Virus record (IMG/VR): IMGVR_UViG_3300042868_007692 | Span: 1-64,000 of that record | Reading direction: 5' to 3' (one strand) | DNA length: 64,000 nucleotides | Source: a virus | Shown: one piece after another, positions 7,643 through 16,621 of the stretch | Layout: each line of letters opens with the position of its first letter | Numbering within the stretch: position 1 is the stretch's first letter | Made by a program: the position numbers and the translations under genes | The notes under the pieces: model-generated | What the model saw: only the letters and a program-made list of their open reading frames with translations | The model's database searches: none | What the model was told of the DNA's origin: nothing

Positions 7643-8413
7643 ATGAAAAACATACACGTATTACCAACAGAGAAACCAAGTAATTTATTATTATGTATAA
7701 AAAGTTATACAGAACATAAAGATACACCAGCAGAAAATTCAGATAATAAAGGTAATTTTAGATTAGGTTTTGGTATATACTCTAATACCGAATTTTATCA
7801 ACATCAAAACATCTACATCACTTCTGATGAAGATATTAAAGTTGATGAATATTATTTAGGTGATGACAATCAAATTTATTGCTTAGTATCTAAAGTTAAT
7901 TGTAATGGTAAAAAAATCATCCTAACAACAGACCAAGACTTAATCAAAGATGGGATACAAGCTATTGATGATGAGTTTTTAGAATGGTTTGTAAAGAATC
8001 CAAGTTGCGAATATGTTGAGATTAAGAAAGGTAGCTATAATCTTAGTCCAATGGAAGAAAGGTTAGAAAAAGAATATGTTCCAAAGGGTACATTTGATAC
8101 TTATAAAATCATCATTCCACAAGAAGAACCTAAACAAGATAGAACTTGTACAAATAATTGTTCTGTAGTTTGCGGAGAATGTCAAATATTAGAACCTAAA
8201 CCATTGCTGTCAGTAGAATGGTTATTACGTTATATTGAAGACTTAAATAATAAAGGTTATACTTTCATACCAAGTTCTAATAAAGAAATAGTTGAACATA
8301 TTAAACAAATGGAAAAAGACAATATGATTGCCTTTTTAAAATTTGTTTTTCAACAAGATGGTTTTGATTATGAACAAGCTTATAATAATTTTTTAAAACA
8401 ACAAATATTATGA
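7643..8413 (+). CDS. Hypothetical modular phage protein
   Basis: 256 aa; C-terminal SVEWL..KQMEK module is repeated in 9023..9223. Confidence 0.8.
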   Translation: MKNIHVLPTEKPSNLLLCIKSYTEHKDTPAENSDNKGNFRLGFGIYSNTEFYQHQNIYITSDEDIKVDEYYLGDDNQIYCLVSKVNCNGKKIILTTDQDLIKDGIQAIDDEFLEWFVKNPSCEYVEIKKGSYNLSPMEERLEKEYVPKGTFDTYKIIIPQEEPKQDRTCTNNCSVVCGECQILEPKPLLSVEWLLRYIEDLNNKGYTFIPSSNKEIVEHIKQMEKDNMIAFLKFVFQQDGFDYEQAYNNFLKQQIL

Positions 8414-8859
8414 AACTAATAAAAATGACAGATTTTGTTTTAAGTTTTGGAACAGAATCAAATAGATGTAATTATGAACAAGCCTATGATAGAATTTCTT
8501 CTTACGCTATATTCTTAAAAACAAACTTAAATTTAGGTATGTTTATCCCTTGTGATGAAAAAATGAACATTTTAAAAAAACCTAAAAATAAAAGTAATTT
8601 AGGTAGCGGAAAAACTGATGCTGTTGAATTACTAAAATACGAAAATAAGTTAAGAGATTACAATTATGCATTATCAAAAGTGTTATTCAAAGATTTTCAT
8701 TTACACATAGATTATGAAGATAACTTTAAAAAATGCGTTGCTGTTCCTGGCTTTGTTTTACCATTTGAAGTATTATACACAATGAAAATTGAGGATATTG
8801 TTGATAACGATATTGAACTTACAAGGATTGGTATTAATGCAATAAATTATAAATATTAA
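8410..8859 (+). CDS. Hypothetical protein
   Basis: 149 aa, ATGA overlap. Confidence 0.75.
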   Translation: MKLIKMTDFVLSFGTESNRCNYEQAYDRISSYAIFLKTNLNLGMFIPCDEKMNILKKPKNKSNLGSGKTDAVELLKYENKLRDYNYALSKVLFKDFHLHIDYEDNFKKCVAVPGFVLPFEVLYTMKIEDIVDNDIELTRIGINAINYKY

Positions 8860-9022
8860 AAATACTAAAATACATCAAGGATTAGAAAAATCAGAATTAA
8901 GAGATTTTTTTTCAATATCATTACTTAGAAATTTAGAAAAATTAATAAATAATGAAAGAGAACAAGTTTTTAAAGATAATGAATTTATAAAAAATGGTTT
9001 GAACAATTTAAAAAGAAATAAG

Positions 9023-9223
9023 ATGACAGCAGTAGAATGGTTGATTAATGAATTGCAAAATAGTCCAGCATTTCATTCACAATTTTTTAAAGACGAATTT
9101 CAACAAGCCAAAGAAATGGAAAAGCAACAGATTATTGATGCTTATAAACAAGGATTTTCTGATTGTGATGATATAGGTATTAGTGTATATGATGAATACT
9201 ACAACAAAACATTTAACAAATAA
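9023..9223 (+). CDS. Small hypothetical protein (MTAVEWL type)
   Basis: ATG 9023 preferred; shares a module with the C-terminus of 7643..8413. Confidence 0.7.
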   Translation: MTAVEWLINELQNSPAFHSQFFKDEFQQAKEMEKQQIIDAYKQGFSDCDDIGISVYDEYYNKTFNK

Positions 9224-9227
9224 CATT

Positions 9228-11114
9228 ATGAGATACTGCGTATTTGACATTGAAACAGATGGTTTACTTGAACAACTAACTAGACTTCATTGCCTTGTAG
9301 CTCATGTTTATGAAGATAATCAATTTCTAAAAGAGTATGTTATTACAAATCCTTGGGAATTGGCTAATTTCTTAAGTACACAAAAGATTCTAGTAGGTCA
9401 TAATGTCAAAAGATATGATTTTCCTGCTATTAAAAAACTAACTGGATATGAACATAAAGGTAAAGTAATAGATACTTTAGCTTTATCTTGGTATTTATAT
9501 CCAGAAAGAAAAGAGCATGGATTAGAGTCTTGGGGAGTAGAGATAGGAGTAGCTAAACCTTTTATTTCAGATTGGGAAAACCTTAGTACTGAAGATTATG
9601 TTAACAGATGTAAGACAGATGTTATTATTAATACTATTCTCTTTGGAAATTTTATTTCTTATCTTGAAGAACTGTATTCAGAATCTTCTTATGAAGGTAT
9701 CATAGCATATTTAACTTGGAAGTTAGATTGTGCTGCAGAACAAGAAGCCAATCCTTTAACTATAGACAGAGAACATTGTATAAATACTTTAGGTATTTTG
9801 AATACTCTTGTAGAAGAAAGAAAAGCTAATCTTGCCGCAGTTATGCCTAAAATTGAGAAATATGCAGTAAAAAAGAAACCGGCTAAGATGTTTACTGTTA
9901 AGGGAGAATTGACTAAAGCAGGAATAGCTTGGTTAGAATTACTTGCAGACAATGATTTAGAAGCAGATTTTGATGGAGAATTAAGCTTACTTAAATCTAC
10001 AGAAGAACCTAATCCTACCTCAACAGCCCAATTAAAAGCTTGGCTTTTTCAATTAGGTTGGCAACCTACAGTGTTTAATTACACACCTAATAAACAAAGA
10101 GAAGTAAGACCTATTCCTCAAATCCAAACTAAAGAACAAAAATTATGTCCCAACATTTTAGTCTTAGCTGAAACTCATCCTGTTCTAAATGAACTTAAAG
10201 GATTATTCATGCTTCAACATAGAATTGGAATATTAAAAGGTTTCTTAGAATGTTCTGATGAATCAGGTAAAATGCAAGCTCAAATAGCAGGATTTACAAA
10301 TACTTTAAGATTTAAACATAAAAAGCCAGTTACTAACTTACCTTCTGTAGAGAAACCTTATGGTAAAGAAATTAGAGGAGCTATTATCTCCCCTAGTGAT
10401 AACCATTTATTTTGTGGTAGTGATATGAGTTCATTGGAAGACACTACTAAACAACACTACATGTATTTTTATGATCCTGACTATGTAACACAAATGAGAG
10501 TGCCAGGGTTTGACCCTCATCTTGATATTGCTGTGTTATCAGGTATGCTTACACCTGAACAGGTTAATGAGCATAAGCTTTATGAAGCCACAAAAGGAGA
10601 ACAAGGGACATCTTACAAGAAGGTAAGAAGTAAGGCTAAAGTAGTAAACTTTTCAGGTATTTATGGTGCAGGTCCACCTAAGATTGCTTTAACTACAGGT
10701 ATGTCTTTAGAAGAAGCTACTTTGCTACATAAGATTTATTGGCAAAGAAATAAGTCTGTAAAACAAATAGCTAAAGATTGTTTAGTAAAGACTGTTAGAA
10801 AGCAAATGTGGTTGTATAATCCTGTAAGTAGCTTTTGGTATTCTTTGAGGACAGATAAAGATAGATTTAGTACTTTGAATCAAGGTACTGGAGTTTATTG
10901 TTTTGATACTCATATTAGAAATGTAAGGAAACAAGGAATTGTTATTAACCTTCAATATCATGATGAGATTGGGTTCTCTTTACTTAAACAAGACAAAGAA
11001 GTAACTTCAGCTAAGTTACATAAAGCCATAGAGTTAACTAATCAACAATTATGTTTAAATGTTCCTTTAGGAATAAGTATTGACTATGGAGACAACTATG
11101 CAGAGTGCCATTAA
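9228..11114 (+). CDS. polA: DNA polymerase family A (T7-like) with 3'-5' exonuclease
   Basis: Exo motifs FDIETDG, GHNVKRYD, DTL; polymerase motifs A SDMSSLE, B RSKAKVVNFSGIYG, C YHDE; ATG 9228 preferred. Confidence 0.95.
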   Translation: MRYCVFDIETDGLLEQLTRLHCLVAHVYEDNQFLKEYVITNPWELANFLSTQKILVGHNVKRYDFPAIKKLTGYEHKGKVIDTLALSWYLYPERKEHGLESWGVEIGVAKPFISDWENLSTEDYVNRCKTDVIINTILFGNFISYLEELYSESSYEGIIAYLTWKLDCAAEQEANPLTIDREHCINTLGILNTLVEERKANLAAVMPKIEKYAVKKKPAKMFTVKGELTKAGIAWLELLADNDLEADFDGELSLLKSTEEPNPTSTAQLKAWLFQLGWQPTVFNYTPNKQREVRPIPQIQTKEQKLCPNILVLAETHPVLNELKGLFMLQHRIGILKGFLECSDESGKMQAQIAGFTNTLRFKHKKPVTNLPSVEKPYGKEIRGAIISPSDNHLFCGSDMSSLEDTTKQHYMYFYDPDYVTQMRVPGFDPHLDIAVLSGMLTPEQVNEHKLYEATKGEQGTSYKKVRSKAKVVNFSGIYGAGPPKIALTTGMSLEEATLLHKIYWQRNKSVKQIAKDCLVKTVRKQMWLYNPVSSFWYSLRTDKDRFSTLNQGTGVYCFDTHIRNVRKQGIVINLQYHDEIGFSLLKQDKEVTSAKLHKAIELTNQQLCLNVPLGISIDYGDNYAECH

Positions 11115-11352
11115 TTACACAAATTTTTTTCAATTCTTCTTACATATTCCTGTAGCAGTATTTGAAGATATAAGTGATGAAGAAATAATAGGAGATTGCT
11201 ATGAAATGGCAGCTTATCCTATTGTTATTATAAGAAATCCTAAACATCCTTTATTTATTCAAATAAAAACAGAATTTAAAAAGAAAGGAATAGAACAAGA
11301 ACTTAAATGTATAGTCTTAGCAATAGGCTATAATAATCCGTATTTATCATGA
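11080..11352 (+). CDS. Hypothetical protein
   Basis: ORF filling the gap between polymerase and helicase; start uncertain (ATG 11086 or 11098). Confidence 0.55.
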   Translation: MTMETTMQSAINYTNFFQFFLHIPVAVFEDISDEEIIGDCYEMAAYPIVIIRNPKHPLFIQIKTEFKKKGIEQELKCIVLAIGYNNPYLS

Positions 11353-13589
11353 GAAAGTATTTTAGAGAGTTAGAGGAACTCTTTCAAAACCCAAAGTCAA
11401 TTTTAACTTATATTGATAAAATAGAAGTTTTAAGAGAGAAAATTACAGAGCCCTTAGCTGTAGTTGAATTTGTAAATAAAGTTAGGGAAAAGGTACAGGT
11501 TGAAGCCATACAAGCTGTTGTAGATAATAATGGTGGCATGGTAGCTATGGCTACAGGTTCAGGTAAGTCTAGAGTAGCAGTTGAACTAGCTAAATTTTAT
11601 TGTAAACCTTCTTCTAAATTTAAAGAAATTGCAGTTGTAGTTCCCACAGAAAAACTTAGAGATGAAAACTGGAAAGAAGAGTTTTATAAATGGGATGCTG
11701 CTGTAGAATGGAGTGCTGTAACAGGATTGTGTTATGCTTCTGGCTCTAAGATAGTCAATAAGAATTTTGAATTAGCTATTCTTGATGAAGGACATAATAT
11801 TACAGAACTTTCTTCAGAGTTTTTCTTAAACAATGAAGTAGAAAGAGCTGTATTACTTACTGCAACTCCTCCTTCAGATCCTATTAAGAAACAAATCTTA
11901 TCTGATTTAGGTATTGAGCTTGTTTATGAACTTACTTTAGATCAAGCTGTAAGATTAGGTTTTGTAGCACCATATAAGATTACTGTTATTACAGTACCTT
12001 TAGATGCTACAACTAAAAATATTCCTGGAGGAAATAAGTTGAGACCTTTTATGACTACTGAAGCAGCATGCTATGCTTATTGGAATAAAAGAGTTCAAGC
12101 TTGTTTTGGAGATACTACTGCTCAAGGTAAAGCTAAAATGAAGTTTGCTATTTTAGGTAGAATGCAATTTATTTATAAAATACCTTCTAAAACTCAAGTA
12201 ATCAAGTATTTACTTGACAAAGTGATTCCTAAAGATGATAGAACCATAGTCTTTTGTGGTAACATAGAACAAGCTGAAGAAGTTTGTCCTACTTATTATC
12301 ACTCTAAGTCTGGTAATCAGTTCTATGATGCTTTCAAAGCAGAAAAGATTAATAGATTATCTTGTGTAAAAGCTGTGAATTAACCTTAGTTCACATTAAA
12401 CCTCTTTAATTGCTGGAAACCCCTAAAGCCTTGTAAACTACAAAGTAAGATGAAAATCTAAGCTTGAATGTTTAAAAATTACAAGGATGGCTAATGGGCA
12501 ATCAGCAGCTAAGCCCCTGTAAAATGGGGAAAGTTCAACGACTATCAAAACCACATGAGCTTTCATGGAAGGGAGTAGAGTACAAATAATATAAATTATT
12601 TGGAAAAGGGAGGTATTTTATCTATATTTGTGTCCTAAAGCTAAGGACACAATGGTTAAAATTTATGTATTAAAAGACCCAAGGACTAACATAGTCAGAT
12701 ATGTTGGTGCAACTACTCAAACTCTTAATAGAAGATTAGTAGGGCATGTATGGGATGCTAAAAATCTTTCAGGAACAAGAAAAATAAACTGGATTAAACA
12801 ATTACTAGAATTAGGATTAAAACCTATTATAGAATTAATTGAAGAAACAGAAGAGTGGATTGAAAGAGAAAAACATTGGTATAATTACTATAAAACAATT
12901 ACAGAATTAGTAAATACCAATAATGGAGGGCAAGGAGTATTTAAAAAAGATGCAGATTCTATTAAAAGAACTACAGAAGCTAAATACACCCCTATAATCC
13001 AATATAGTTTAGCAGGAGAAGTAATACAAGAGTGGCTTTGTATAAAAGATGCTACAATAGCATTAGGATTAGCAAGAAACTCAATAAAAAATAACCTTAG
13101 AGGAAGATCTGCAAGTTGTGGAGGTTTTATTTGGAAATATAAAAACAAAGAAACTCCAGAATCAGGTAGAAAACCTTCTTCTAAACATAAAAAATGGATA
13201 AAATAATGATATAGTCTAATCTTTATGGAAACATAAAGTTAATAAAAATGGAAGGGCATAACTTCCCTGGAGTTGACTCAGGCATTATAGGTCAATTAAA
13301 TTCTAAAGAGAAAGACTTGGTTCAAAGAATTGGTAGATTAATTAGGTTTAGACCTGGGCATGAAGCACACCTTTATATAGTAATCTCTGAGTCTACTCAA
13401 GATGAAAAATGGTTAGAAAATGCTACTGAAAATCTTAATCAATCTAAGATTGAGTATGTAAGATTTCCTAATTTTAAACAAAGAATAGACACTTTTAAAG
13501 ACATGCCAAAAGCTGATGAAAACTTAGATATGTTTAAAAAAGCTGGAGTAGAAAGTATTCAAATAGGTAAAACTAATTATAAAATCTGA
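11349..13589 (+). CDS. SF2 (DExH) helicase, spliced: exon 1 11349-12380, exon 2 13251-13589; 456 aa
   Basis: Walker A ATGSGKS, DEGH, TAT; splicing restores KAVN|EGHNFPGVD (motif V) and adds QRIGRLIR (motif VI). Confidence 0.92.
12381..13250 (+). mobile_element. Group I intron in the SF2 helicase
   Basis: P1 GTGAAT/GTTCAC with U.G at the splice site; P10 CCTT/AAGG; core TTGCTGGAAA..AATCAGCAG; P7 GACTA/TAGTC; terminal G at 13250. Confidence 0.93.
12652..13206 (+). CDS. Intron-encoded GIY-YIG homing endonuclease with NUMOD-type tail
   Basis: KIYVLKDP...RYVG, R and E catalytic pattern, N..GG, C-terminal GGFIWKY; TATATTTG at 12623-12630. Confidence 0.88.
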   Translation: MVKIYVLKDPRTNIVRYVGATTQTLNRRLVGHVWDAKNLSGTRKINWIKQLLELGLKPIIELIEETEEWIEREKHWYNYYKTITELVNTNNGGQGVFKKDADSIKRTTEAKYTPIIQYSLAGEVIQEWLCIKDATIALGLARNSIKNNLRGRSASCGGFIWKYKNKETPESGRKPSSKHKKWIK

Positions 13590-13593
13590 TTTC

Positions 13594-13824
13594 ATGAGTC
13601 TAATTGCTTATTACAGACACTTAGGAAAAGGTAAGTTTAAGCAAATTACAGCAGAAGATGTTAAAAAGCTTAAAGAGATAAATTTAACTAGTGCAGTATT
13701 AACTATTGATAAGATTATGTTTATCAATAACTTTAATACTGCATTTAGTGTGACAGAATGTAAACAAATATTAGAATTTGTAGAATCCTTAAAACAAAAA
13801 GATGACAGTAAATCCACAAATTAA
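13594..13824 (+). CDS. Hypothetical protein
   Basis: 76 aa ORF in the operon. Confidence 0.65.
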   Translation: MSLIAYYRHLGKGKFKQITAEDVKKLKEINLTSAVLTIDKIMFINNFNTAFSVTECKQILEFVESLKQKDDSKSTN

Positions 13825-14353
13825 ATCAGTTCTACAGCAATTTAATATTCCTGTAGAAGATGGCTTAGCTTATCTTTTGTCTATTTATTTTGATTGTAGA
13901 CCCTCTTATACACCCACACTCTTAGTACAAAGAATGAATGTAACTAATATTCTTGGCATTGATGCTAATAGGCAAGTTATATGGCATATCCCTTTATTTG
14001 AAAAGGGAGATTCTGAAGACAAATGGCAATGGGTATTTGAGTGGAATGCAAATTTCAAAGCAATAAATAAACTAAGAAAAGCTAGTGACAAAGATGTTCT
14101 TATTAGAATGAAAGCTTTCTTTGCTGATAACCCTGATGTAAGAAAAGAAGAAGTGATTGGAGCTACTAAGCTCTATTTTAATTCTTTGACTAGTGCTGAG
14201 TATCTTATTACTTCTCACTATTTTATATCTAAAGGAGTAGGCAGAGATAGGACTTCTGCTTTATATGAATGGGTTGAAAAGTATAGAGATGCAATGACTG
14301 AAACAAAATCAGACAGTGCTTTTCCTACTGATTTAGCCACAACAATGCAATAA
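13802..14353 (+). CDS. Hypothetical replication-associated protein
   Basis: 183 aa, TAATG-coupled to the DnaB-like helicase. Confidence 0.75.
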   Translation: MTVNPQIKSVLQQFNIPVEDGLAYLLSIYFDCRPSYTPTLLVQRMNVTNILGIDANRQVIWHIPLFEKGDSEDKWQWVFEWNANFKAINKLRKASDKDVLIRMKAFFADNPDVRKEEVIGATKLYFNSLTSAEYLITSHYFISKGVGRDRTSALYEWVEKYRDAMTETKSDSAFPTDLATTMQ

Positions 14354-15615
14354 TGAATTTTAGAGCAGCATTTGAAGCAGGTCAGAAAGGTAGTAATAAA
14401 GGTCTTCCTATGGGGGAGGGCCTTAAAACTATATCTCAAGCAGTGAATGATATACAAAGAGGAAGAATCTTTACAATAGCAGCAAGTCCCAAAGGAGGGA
14501 AGTCAACCCTAGTGGATGTTGGATTTTGTATAGAGCCTGCAATTTATGTATTGAGTTTTAATGCTAAATTAAAAGCTTCTATGGAAGCTATTGTTTCTAA
14601 GTTAGAGACAGAAATTGACTTTACAAAAAGAACAGCTCTTAATGAAGAGTATGAAAAATTGAATGGTCAATTAATAGATTTAGAGTTTATCTACAACTCT
14701 TATGAGATTGACAGAGTAAGTAAAGAGTTTGATTTTGTTGCCCATTTCTTACACAGAGATTTTGGCATTTATCAAATATTTTTACCTGCTGGAAAGCTTT
14801 ACAAAGGGAATAATTTTGTATATTTGTCTTCTGCTTTTCTGAAGGGAGAATTACATTATGATTCTCTAAATCCTAATGATCCAAAAGAAATTATTACAGT
14901 CCCTACAGACATTACTGATAAAGTAAAAATTGTCTATAAGACTAGAATAGTGCCTTTATTTGGAGAATTTAATGAGAAAGGAGAGAAGCTTTCTAAGGGT
15001 CTTATCAGATTTCTTGATAACAAAGACAATCCTACAGGAGTAAGAAATTATCTTATAGCTTATGCTAAAGAAAATGGAGAGTTTCTTTATAAAGAAACAA
15101 CTAAAGATGGTCAAACTTTTAAAAGGATGATAGGCTATAGACCTAATAATCCTGCTAAATACACCATAGTTATTACAGACCATTTAAGAAAATTGATTCC
15201 TGAAAGAGGTTTTTCAATGAAAGAAACTGTAGATAAGTTTTCAGACTATTGTGTAGAGCTTAGAAACACTTGTCAATTTACTTTTGTTCATATTATCCAC
15301 CTTAATAGAGCAGTAAGTGATATTGGAAGAAGAAAACTGGATGATGATAATATTTATCCTTCTTCTGATGACATTAAAGACACAGGTAACCTTAGTGAAG
15401 ATAGTAACTATATTTTTACCATGTTTAATCCTAATGATGATAAGTTTAACTTAAACAAGCATTTTGGAAAAGTCATTAGAAGACCAGATAGGTCATTATT
15501 ATATCCTTACATGAAAACTGTACATTTAGTAGAGTCTAGACATTGCTTTTGTCCTCAGCATTTTAGAGTCAATATGTATGGTGATGTGAAGAAATTTGAA
15601 CCCTTAACAATCTAA
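14353..15615 (+). CDS. DnaB-like (SF4) replicative helicase
   Basis: Walker A ASPKGGKST, SYE, ITDHL, HLNR, DIKDTGNLSEDS, ESRH. Confidence 0.85.
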   Translation: MNFRAAFEAGQKGSNKGLPMGEGLKTISQAVNDIQRGRIFTIAASPKGGKSTLVDVGFCIEPAIYVLSFNAKLKASMEAIVSKLETEIDFTKRTALNEEYEKLNGQLIDLEFIYNSYEIDRVSKEFDFVAHFLHRDFGIYQIFLPAGKLYKGNNFVYLSSAFLKGELHYDSLNPNDPKEIITVPTDITDKVKIVYKTRIVPLFGEFNEKGEKLSKGLIRFLDNKDNPTGVRNYLIAYAKENGEFLYKETTKDGQTFKRMIGYRPNNPAKYTIVITDHLRKLIPERGFSMKETVDKFSDYCVELRNTCQFTFVHIIHLNRAVSDIGRRKLDDDNIYPSSDDIKDTGNLSEDSNYIFTMFNPNDDKFNLNKHFGKVIRRPDRSLLYPYMKTVHLVESRHCFCPQHFRVNMYGDVKKFEPLTI

Positions 15616-15618
15616 AAA

Positions 15619-15972
15619 ATGGCAAAATTAAATAAAATGGAGCTTCAAGCTGTAGCCGGATCTATACTGAAAGAAGTAAAGGCAGTAAAACTTCCTCAAC
15701 TTATTCAAGAATGGGAGCAGAAAAAACTTGAAGTAGAGTCCACAGAAGTTTACAAAGAACTTCAAGCTTGGTTAAAGAAATATTCTTTAGAAGAAAAACT
15801 AGTAATCAATGCTTATCAGTTAAATAGGGTTTTAGGTCTTAATCCAAAACCTACTTCAGTAAATTTACCTTCAGTTCAAAGTATTGTTGATAAATTAATA
15901 ATAGGTCAGATTACAGATTCTAATATTACCTCTTTAGCAGAAAGTATTGCCCAAGAATTATTAAATGATTAA
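15619..15972 (+). CDS. Hypothetical protein
   Basis: 117 aa ORF. Confidence 0.7.
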   Translation: MAKLNKMELQAVAGSILKEVKAVKLPQLIQEWEQKKLEVESTEVYKELQAWLKKYSLEEKLVINAYQLNRVLGLNPKPTSVNLPSVQSIVDKLIIGQITDSNITSLAESIAQELLND

Positions 15973-15982
15973 TTAAAAAAGA

Positions 15983-16015
15983 ATGGCTAAAATTTTAGTG
16001 CTTGCCCCTAGTGGG
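15983..16015 (+). pseudogene. Orphaned 5' end of the AAA ATPase gene
   Basis: Encodes MAKILVLAPSG, identical to the first 11 aa at 16622 but with different synonymous codons. Confidence 0.85.
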
Positions 16016-16046
16016 TTATTTTCTAAAAATTGTGTATCTTTGTTCT

Positions 16047-16598
16047 ATGAAAATAGACACACAATTAAAAACTCTAGTAGGTATTTACTGTATTGAAAAT
16101 ACAGTAAATGGTAAAAAATACATAGGCAGTTCAACTAATATTTACCAAAGAGGTCTTAAACATAGATCTCAATTAAGAAGTATTAGTCACCCTAATAAAA
16201 AGTTACAAAATTCTTATAATAAACATGAAGAAAAAAATTTTATTTTTTATGTAGTAGAACTTTGTTTAAAAAAAGACTTGATTAGATTAGAGCAGCACTA
16301 TATAGATTTTTACCTTCCTTTTTATAATCTTATGTTACAAGTAGAAAGAAAAGATTTTTCAGCAGAAACAAAACTTCAAATATCTAATTCTTTAAAAAAA
16401 AGATATAGAGAAGGTTTGAGTAATAATTGTGAAAGAAAAGTTAATCTTTATACAGTAACAGGAGAATATATAAGAACTTATGATAGCATTACAAAATGTT
16501 CAAAAGATATTAAAGCAGATTTATCTAATGTAAAAAGAGTACTAAGAGGAAGACTAAAAACTTGTAAAGGTTTTAAAATTACTTATCACAATTCGTAA
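16047..16598 (+). CDS. Free-standing GIY-YIG homing endonuclease
   Basis: GIYCIENTVNGKKYIGSS..R..H, E, YN; NUMOD-like tail; ATG 16047 is 4 nt after TATCTTTG. Confidence 0.9.
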   Translation: MKIDTQLKTLVGIYCIENTVNGKKYIGSSTNIYQRGLKHRSQLRSISHPNKKLQNSYNKHEEKNFIFYVVELCLKKDLIRLEQHYIDFYLPFYNLMLQVERKDFSAETKLQISNSLKKRYREGLSNNCERKVNLYTVTGEYIRTYDSITKCSKDIKADLSNVKRVLRGRLKTCKGFKITYHNS

Positions 16599-16621
16599 AA
16601 TCACTAATTAAAAATTAAATT

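Noticed and set aside
9228-15615. Inteins in the polymerase or DnaB-like helicase
   Set aside because: No C/S-start...HN-C/S/T splice motifs; the extra segment after the DnaB Walker A is a short coiled-coil insertion
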